Shown: in pieces, positions 6,966-11,575 of the stretch
Position numbering within the stretch: the stretch's first letter is position 1
How the letters are laid out: every line of letters begins with the position of its first letter
From: a virus
Taxonomy: Duplodnaviria; Heunggongvirae; Uroviricota; Caudoviricetes
Length of the DNA: 11,575 nt
IMG/VR virus record: IMGVR_UViG_3300050187_000003
Span: 1 to 11,575 of that record
Reading direction: 5' to 3' (one strand)
Notes under the pieces: model-generated
The model's database searches: none
Seen by the model: the letters and a program-made list of their open reading frames with translations, nothing else
Told to the model about the DNA's origin: nothing
Program-made: the position numbers and the translations under genes

Positions 6966-7144
6966 CGCGTCACCACCGGCACCCATGAGGCGTTGCAGGC
7001 GCACGACTCGTGTGGGGTCATGGCCCCGCAGCAGGGCAGTTCGCGGGCTGCGGGCCAGATGAGGTCGAGTGGCTCCGGTGTCGCCGGTGGGGTGTCCTGC
7101 ACCGGCACGGCGGGTTGGTGGTGAGCAGCCCCGCGCGGGTTCAT
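6962..7144 (-). CDS. Hypothetical protein, 60 aa (MNPRGAAH...)
   Basis: ATGA overlaps at both ends and an AAGGA RBS. Cys cluster at the C-terminus. Confidence 0.55.
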   Translation of the reverse strand: MNPRGAAHHQPAVPVQDTPPATPEPLDLIWPAARELPCCGAMTPHESCACNASWVPVVTR

Positions 7145-7737
7145 CGGGTCATTCCTTCGGTGAGCGGCTGGGCCAGCGTCATTTCTTTGTTTGCTGCGAC
7201 GACGCTCGCCCGCTCGCGGCACTTCCACCAGATCCGCACGTCAGCCGGGCCGGGGGCAGTCGCAAGGACGTACCGCCAGTCACCATGTCCAACCTGAACG
7301 AGGTCGCCCTTGACCAACTCGGCGGCGCGTTTCGTCGGTGTCGGCCCCATCGGGGTTCCTCCTTCTGAGTTCCAACCGTCGGCCGTGACGGCCGGCATGG
7401 TTTCGGTGTCCAGTGCGGCCCGCACACGGGCCGCGCCGATCACCGGCTGCCAGTGCGCCGGACGGATCTCCACTGTGTCCTCGTGGTGACGGGACACATA
7501 TGGGCGGACGATCAGGTGGCGGTGGTGCAGCTCCGGCGGGTCCAGCGCTAGCTGGTCGCGCCAGTCGTCCGCGAGTCGGCGGCGGATCTCGTCGGTGTCG
7601 GCCGACACGGCGACGGCGGTGGGCGCAGGGAGCACGGCGGCGGGCGTCGGCCGGCCGCCGTCGCGGCGGATCAGCACGGTGATGGCGGCGAGCACGACAC
7701 CCGCCGCCGTGCACAGGGCGACGATCAGGATGCTCAT
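7141..7737 (-). CDS. Membrane-anchored hypothetical protein, 198 aa (possible fusion, internal start at 7350)
   Basis: N-terminal hydrophobic helix and TGATG overlap at the start. Internal GAAGGAGG-N7-ATG. Confidence 0.7.
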   Translation of the reverse strand: MSILIVALCTAAGVVLAAITVLIRRDGGRPTPAAVLPAPTAVAVSADTDEIRRRLADDWRDQLALDPPELHHRHLIVRPYVSRHHEDTVEIRPAHWQPVIGAARVRAALDTETMPAVTADGWNSEGGTPMGPTPTKRAAELVKGDLVQVGHGDWRYVLATAPGPADVRIWWKCRERASVVAANKEMTLAQPLTEGMTR

Positions 7738-8150
7738 CAGGACTCCTGCGGGGTGGGGGACAGCAGCTCGTCGGCCCGCTCGTCGGCCACGCCGTCCAGT
7801 GCGATGAGCAGCTGGTCGACCAGCTGGTCGGCGGTGAGTGTGCTGAGGGTGTCGGCGGCCCGGGTGGTGAACGCGTCGGCGATGTCGTCGGCCAGGCCCA
7901 TGCGGTGTGCGGCGATGGCTGAGGCGAGGTGTTCGATCGCGTCGGCGATGACCGGGCCGGGGGCGGCGGGTGCTCGGGTGGGCAGGGCGTCGGGGGTGAG
8001 CAGCGCCTGGGCGACGGCGAGGTTGACCAGGTCGCCGGGCAGGGTCGCGGCGTGTGTGGCCTCCCGCTTGTCGCGGCCGGCGCGTGGGAGCAGGACCGCC
8101 AGGGCGAGTGTGGCGGCGGCGAGCAGCGCCAGGGCGACGCCAACCATCAC
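7737..8150 (-). CDS. Membrane-anchored hypothetical protein, about 137 aa
   Basis: GTG 8150 (GTGA overlap) or ATG 8147. Hydrophobic N-terminus VGVALALLAAATLALAVLL. Confidence 0.7.
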   Translation of the reverse strand: MMVGVALALLAAATLALAVLLPRAGRDKREATHAATLPGDLVNLAVAQALLTPDALPTRAPAAPGPVIADAIEHLASAIAAHRMGLADDIADAFTTRAADTLSTLTADQLVDQLLIALDGVADERADELLSPTPQES

Positions 8151-8368
8151 CTGGCCACCCCGTCGGCGGTGTCCTGCCGGGCCCACAGTTCGGTCAGCGC
8201 GTCGGAGACCAGTCCGATGCGGGCCAGCCGCTGTTCGTCGGTCAGGCCCAGTGTGGCGCCGCGGGGCCGGACCAGGGCGCGGATCATGCCCATCGCGGCG
8301 GCCGCCGGCTCACAGCCGGAGGCGGCGGTTCGTCTCAGTGAATCCAGGATTTGCGGTACGGTGGTCAC
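8147..8368 (-). CDS. Hypothetical protein, 73 aa
   Basis: GTG start with GGAG upstream. The stop overlaps the next start. Confidence 0.7.
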   Translation of the reverse strand: MTTVPQILDSLRRTAASGCEPAAAAMGMIRALVRPRGATLGLTDEQRLARIGLVSDALTELWARQDTADGVAR

Positions 8369-8389
8369 AGGTTTTCTCCGTTCTGTTGG

Positions 8390-8421
8390 GGCCCGGTCGT
8401 GTGCAGCGGCCGGGCCTTTTT
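8390..8421 (+). terminator. Intrinsic terminator oriented against the early operon
   Basis: GGCCCGGTCG-TGTGCAG-CGGCCGGGCC (10-bp stem, one G-U pair) followed by TTTTT on the + strand. Confidence 0.7.
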
Positions 8422-8433
8422 GCTGGTTGGTGG

Positions 8434-8476
8434 CCCGGCCGGCGCGCGGTCTGTGCGGCGGCGCGCGTCGGCCGGG
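8434..8476. other. Long GC-rich inverted repeat (15-bp stem, 13-nt loop)
   Basis: 8434-8448 pairs with 8462-8476, with one G-U pair on the + strand. Confidence 0.7.
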
Positions 8477-8478
8477 GG

Positions 8479-8571
8479 TCAGAGGCCGAGCGGCAGGCTG
8501 GTCGCGACGAGGACGGCGAGGATCAGCGCCTGGAGGAGGGCGGACAGCTGGCGGGGGTACGGGCGGCGCAT
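8479..8571 (-). CDS. 30-aa hydrophobic peptide MRRPYPRQLSALLQALILAVLVATSLPLGL
   Basis: Below the ORF-track cutoff. ATG is in a TGATG overlap with the upstream stop. Basic N-terminus plus one TM-like helix, with GC-rich third codon positions. Confidence 0.6.
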   Translation of the reverse strand: MRRPYPRQLSALLQALILAVLVATSLPLGL

Positions 8572-8801
8572 CAGGCAGCGTCCTGGGTGGTGCGCGGCCC
8601 AGCCGGCGGCGACGGGGTCAGCGGCCCGGCTGGTGGCCTCGGTGCCTGCGGTGGTGGGGTGGGGCGGGGCTGGCGTCGGGCGGCGAGGGCGGCGTAAACC
8701 TCGCCGAGGGCCTGGGTGAGGGCTTCGGCGGCGGCGAGGCCGGCGGGGGTGTCGGGGTCGATCGGTGCGACCGGCGGGCGCGTGTCGGTTCGTGGTGCCA
8801 T
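8571..8801 (-). CDS. Hypothetical Pro-rich protein, 76 aa
   Basis: TGATG overlaps at both ends. It lies directly after the Cro-like gene. Confidence 0.7.
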   Translation of the reverse strand: MAPRTDTRPPVAPIDPDTPAGLAAAEALTQALGEVYAALAARRQPRPTPPPQAPRPPAGPLTPSPPAGPRTTQDAA

Positions 8802-9061
8802 CAGGACGCCACCTGCTCGAAAAGGGCGTTCACGGTGGTGCCCATATCGGCGGCCATCCGCATCGCGAGCGGCAGGCTGGGCAGGTGTCGGCCGGCGCGG
8901 ATGTCGAACATGTGTTGCCTGCCGATGCCATGGAGGCGGGCCTGAGCTACGACATGCTTGACGTTCTTCCGTGTTGCGAGCGCGTCGTACACCTCGATTC
9001 GGAGACGAATTTTCGCGTCGCTCGGGGTGGGCGATGCGTCGTCATTACGCGTCGCTTGCAT
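8801..9061 (-). CDS. Cro-like XRE helix-turn-helix protein, 86 aa
   Basis: QARLHGIGRQHMFDIRAGRHLPSLPLAMRMAADMGTTVNALF is HTH_3-like. Divergent from the repressor. Start placed at ATG 9061 from promoter geometry. Confidence 0.8.
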   Translation of the reverse strand: MQATRNDDASPTPSDAKIRLRIEVYDALATRKNVKHVVAQARLHGIGRQHMFDIRAGRHLPSLPLAMRMAADMGTTVNALFEQVAS

Positions 9062-9097
9062 GGCGTCATGGTAGACCGTCGCGATAGCGCGACGCAA
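9062..9097 (-). promoter_or_regulatory. Leftward early promoter, probably leaderless
   Basis: TTGCGT (9097-9092) - 18 nt - TACCAT (9073-9068) - 6 nt - ATG 9061. Confidence 0.65.
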
Positions 9098-9286
9098 GAG
9101 GGTTGGCGCGAAACCGCGACTTTTTCGTCCTCAAGCCAGGGCTAGTCATCCGTCCACAAGTTGCCGTATCGTCGCATCTACACGACAGTGTAGGGATGAT
9201 AGCCATGGCACAGCGAGTTGTAGCCGTTGGATCGCGACGCATCCAGAGGCGCGTTGAACTGCACGGCAGCGCCGCGAAACAGCGAC
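9078..9286. promoter_or_regulatory. Five 16-bp dyad operator-like sites, consensus GTCGCG-N4-CGCGAC
   Basis: 9078 GTCGCGATAGCGCGAC, 9105 GGCGCGAAACCGCGAC, 9171 GTCGCATCTACACGAC, 9223 GCCGTTGGATCGCGAC, 9271 GCCGCGAAACAGCGAC. Confidence 0.65.
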
Positions 9287-9321
9287 GTCCACCGAATTAT
9301 CATGACCCGCACGCGGCGGCC

Positions 9322-9333
9322 TACCGTATGCAT
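9322..9333 (+). promoter_or_regulatory. Candidate -10 box of a leaderless repressor promoter
   Basis: TACCGT (9322-9327) - 6 nt - ATG 9334. No canonical -35. Confidence 0.5.
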
Positions 9334-9741
9334 ATGAGCGACGGTCGGAAGATCCGCGAGAGCTGGGCGCAGTACCTCCGTCGGATGACGGAGCGACCCG
9401 GCTGGAGCGTCGCCAAGCTCGCCCGCGAGTCCGGAGTCCACCGAGCAACGATTTTCAAGTGGATGTCCGGCAAGGCGGGGGCGAACATGGCCAGCGTCCA
9501 GGCCATAGCTGAGGCTCTCGGTGACGACGCCTCAGCCGCTCTCCGAGCTGCGAGCCACTCCGGCCTCGTCGACGGGGATGACTTTGACGACGACGTGCGA
9601 ACCATCCTCCGACGGCTCAGGTCCGCCCACGCCACCGAAGCGCAGAAAACCACAATCCGGGCGACCCTCCGCTACCTCGCGGACCTGGCAGACCGGCAGA
9701 CCGGCAGCCGGCAGCCGGGCACCGACCGTACGGCCAGCTGA
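9334..9741 (+). CDS. XRE-family immunity repressor, about 135 aa
   Basis: WAQYLRRMTERPGWSVAKLARESGVHRATIFKWMSG...SVQAIAEALG is an HTH. Divergent from the Cro-like gene and upstream of the integrase. The start could be 9334, 9328 or 9205. Confidence 0.88.
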   Translation: MSDGRKIRESWAQYLRRMTERPGWSVAKLARESGVHRATIFKWMSGKAGANMASVQAIAEALGDDASAALRAASHSGLVDGDDFDDDVRTILRRLRSAHATEAQKTTIRATLRYLADLADRQTGSRQPGTDRTAS

Positions 9742-11171
9742 TGCCCCGCCGCCGCCCCGACGCCGTCACCGACCAGCCCAGCCGGGTCGCGCTCTACGTC
9801 CGCGTCTCCGCGCTCATGGGCAGACAGGGAAACGATTTCCACTCACCCGACGTGCAGACCACGGCGATGCGCCGGATCACCGCCGGCATGCGTGAGATCG
9901 CAGTCGTCGCCGACCTCGACCGCACCGGCCGCCACTTCTCCCGAGAGGGCATCGAGCGCATCAGGCAGATGGCACGGAGTCGCCAGATCGACGCCATCGC
10001 TGTCCACGACGTGTCCCGCGTCGGCCGCAACGTCCTCGAATCGCTGCTGTTCCTCCGCGAACTCGCCGACGCCGGCGTCACCGTCATCAGCGCCACCGAG
10101 CAGATCGACACATCCACGCCGGCCGGCGAGATGATGCTCATCAACATGCTCAACATCGCCCAGTACCGCAGCCGCGAGATCGGCCGGGGCTGGTCGGGCA
10201 CCATCGCCCGCCGCGCCGAACGAGGACAGCACCACGGGCGCCCGCTGGGCTACATCAAGATCGACAAGGAGTTGCAGCCAGACCCGGTCATCGGACCGGC
10301 GATCACCGAGGTGTTTCGCCGATATGGTGCCGGTGACCCGATTGGCCAGGTCGCCGGCTACCTGGCCGCGATCCGAGGCAAGGCGATAGTCACTGCGAAC
10401 GTCAAGAAGATGCTCCGCAACCCCGCCTACCTCGGTCAGGTCGTCGCCGGCGGCCAGGTCCTCGCCGGCGCCCACCTTCCGCTCGTCACCCCCGACACGT
10501 GGGAGCGGGTGCAGCGCCGTCTTTCCGCTGAGGCTGGCACCCCGCCCCGGCACCTCGCGCCCACTTGGTCTCTTGTCGGCCTGTGTGTCTGCCCCGACGG
10601 GCACCGGCTGCAACGGCAGGGCAGCCGGCTCGTCGACGGCTCCGGCCGCGGCGACGTCAAGGGTGGCGCCTGCCCCGGTGTGGGCCGGCCACTGATAGAC
10701 CGGGTGGAGGCCGAGGTGCTGCGGCAGGTTGCCGACTGGGCCGCCCGGCTGCGCACCGACCACGTTGCGCGGGCGGCGAGGCTCGCCCAGCTGTCGGCGG
10801 ACCGGGTGGACCTGGCCACGCTGAAACGGCAGGTGGCGGACGCTCGGCAGGCGATGGTCAAACTTGCCAAGGACAACGCCATGAACCGCCTGCCGGACGA
10901 GGTTTATCAGCAGGCCATGGCCGAGCTGCGTGGGGGTGAACAGGCCGCTGCCGCCGAGTTGGCCAAGATCGTCGACGTCGACGAGCCGCCGGACCCGGAG
11001 GTGGCCGCCCGGGGCGTCGACGCGCTGTTGGCGCTGTGGGACCTGCCGGATGCGACGCACGCTGATCGGGTCAAGGCGCTGAGGTCGCTGGTCGACCGGG
11101 TGGTGGTGCGTGCCGCTGCCAGGTGGCGGGAGCCGGAGGCAGACCGGGTTAAAGTGCGTTTCCGCTGGTAG
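9741..11171 (+). CDS. int: Large serine recombinase (phage integrase), 476 aa
   Basis: Catalytic YVRVS, IAVHDVSRVGRN, recombinase-domain GRPLGY and MLRNPAYLG, a degenerate Zn-ribbon region and a coiled coil. Confidence 0.95.
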   Translation: MPRRRPDAVTDQPSRVALYVRVSALMGRQGNDFHSPDVQTTAMRRITAGMREIAVVADLDRTGRHFSREGIERIRQMARSRQIDAIAVHDVSRVGRNVLESLLFLRELADAGVTVISATEQIDTSTPAGEMMLINMLNIAQYRSREIGRGWSGTIARRAERGQHHGRPLGYIKIDKELQPDPVIGPAITEVFRRYGAGDPIGQVAGYLAAIRGKAIVTANVKKMLRNPAYLGQVVAGGQVLAGAHLPLVTPDTWERVQRRLSAEAGTPPRHLAPTWSLVGLCVCPDGHRLQRQGSRLVDGSGRGDVKGGACPGVGRPLIDRVEAEVLRQVADWAARLRTDHVARAARLAQLSADRVDLATLKRQVADARQAMVKLAKDNAMNRLPDEVYQQAMAELRGGEQAAAAELAKIVDVDEPPDPEVAARGVDALLALWDLPDATHADRVKALRSLVDRVVVRAAARWREPEADRVKVRFRW

Positions 11172-11181
11172 ACGTCTTCGG

Positions 11182-11219
11182 GGTTTGTGATCTCCCACGA
11201 TCGTGGGAGGAAGGTAACC
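11182..11219. repeat. Dyad: perfect 18-bp palindrome CTCCCACGATCGTGGGAG (11192-11209) with co-centred outer GGTT/AACC
   Basis: Read directly from the 52-bp gap between the convergent genes. Both arm pairs centre on 11200/11201. Confidence 0.85.
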
Positions 11220-11223
11220 GTCA

Positions 11224-11574
11224 TCAACCGTTGAGCAGTCGCAGGTGGATGCGCTGCGCCGCTGCCACCGTTTCCGCGTCGGCGAGGCCCTGCACGGCGG
11301 TGGCGATGGTGCCGAGCATCCGGTCGTGCTCGGCGAGCAGGTCGTCACAGTCGCGCAGCAGCGCGCGGAGCCGGCCGACCTCGGCCACCAGCTGCCGCAG
11401 CGTCTCCCGCTCCGCCGCCTGCTCCGCGATGACCGCGGTGATGGCGGTTGCCACCATCCGGCGAATGCACGCGCCGCTCTTGAGCGCGACCGCGGCCAGG
11501 GCCCCGATGGCAGTGGCGGCGTAGCCGCCGGTGACTGGCCGGGTGATGCCGACCAGGTCCAGTGTGACGGTGGC
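11224..11574 (-). CDS. Membrane-anchored coiled-coil hypothetical protein, 5' end outside window
   Basis: The frame stays open from the right edge: ...VTGGYAATAIGALAAVALKSGACIRRMVATAITAVIAEQAAERETLRQLVAEV...LLNG*, ending in tandem TGA TGA. The track start at 11457 is probably internal. Confidence 0.65.
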   Translation of the reverse strand, partial: ATVTLDLVGITRPVTGGYAATAIGALAAVALKSGACIRRMVATAITAVIAEQAAERETLRQLVAEVGRLRALLRDCDDLLAEHDRMLGTIATAVQGLADAETVAAAQRIHLRLLNG

Positions 11575-11575
11575 C

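Larger units (their letters stand above)
1..11575. mobile_element. Temperate actinophage/prophage segment (early operon, immunity switch, serine integrase)
   Basis: Divergent repressor/Cro-like HTH pair, large serine integrase, Sak4-like ATPase, HNH, phage-type initiator, and dense small genes with ATGA/TGATG overlaps. The right boundary is uncertain. Confidence 0.93.

Noticed and set aside
4598-7062. Long plus-strand ORFs 4598..5923, 5961..6917 and 6118..7062
   Set aside because: Shadows of the ATPase and the repeat gene. The 24-bp unit has no stop in those frames.
9103-9333. Full 212-aa repressor from 9103
   Set aside because: It would cover the operator region, and the extension is not protein-like. 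ATG 9205 is kept only as a minor alternative.
9843-11348. 501-aa minus-strand ORF
   Set aside because: Antisense shadow of the integrase with no recognisable motif.
1-11575. tRNA, rRNA, IS/transposase or known defence genes
   Set aside because: No cloverleaf, rRNA-like stretch, transposase motif or recognisable defence-system motif was seen by eye.

Overview
High-GC actinobacterial temperate-phage/prophage segment (Micromonosporaceae-like by impression, unverified) covering the early left operon, the genetic switch and the integration module. On the minus strand an almost continuous, translationally coupled chain runs from a Cro-like HTH gene (9061) through small, partly membrane-anchored genes, an octapeptide-repeat protein, a Sak4-like AAA ATPase, a free-standing HNH endonuclease, an SF1 (UvrD-like) helicase and small Cys/His-rich proteins. 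It ends in a replication initiator that starts at 772, runs off the left edge and is missing from the supplied ORF track. On the plus strand an XRE repressor (9334-9741) is coupled to a large serine integrase (9741-11171), followed by an 18-bp perfect palindrome and a convergent partial membrane-protein gene. Best non-annotated signals: (i) an 11-bp-phased TTGCT iteron array and a perfect DnaA box inside the initiator gene, with a second near-perfect box at the helicase stop; (ii) a one-base frameshift in a G run that fuses the upstream ORF to the initiator; (iii) 14 x 24-bp repeats fused to a domain of unknown function; (iv) five 16-bp dyad operators and mirror-image leaderless promoters; (v) a recurring gene-junction motif; (vi) twin hairpins that fold better on the antisense strand. 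All protein calls come from motif recognition by eye; no searches were run.
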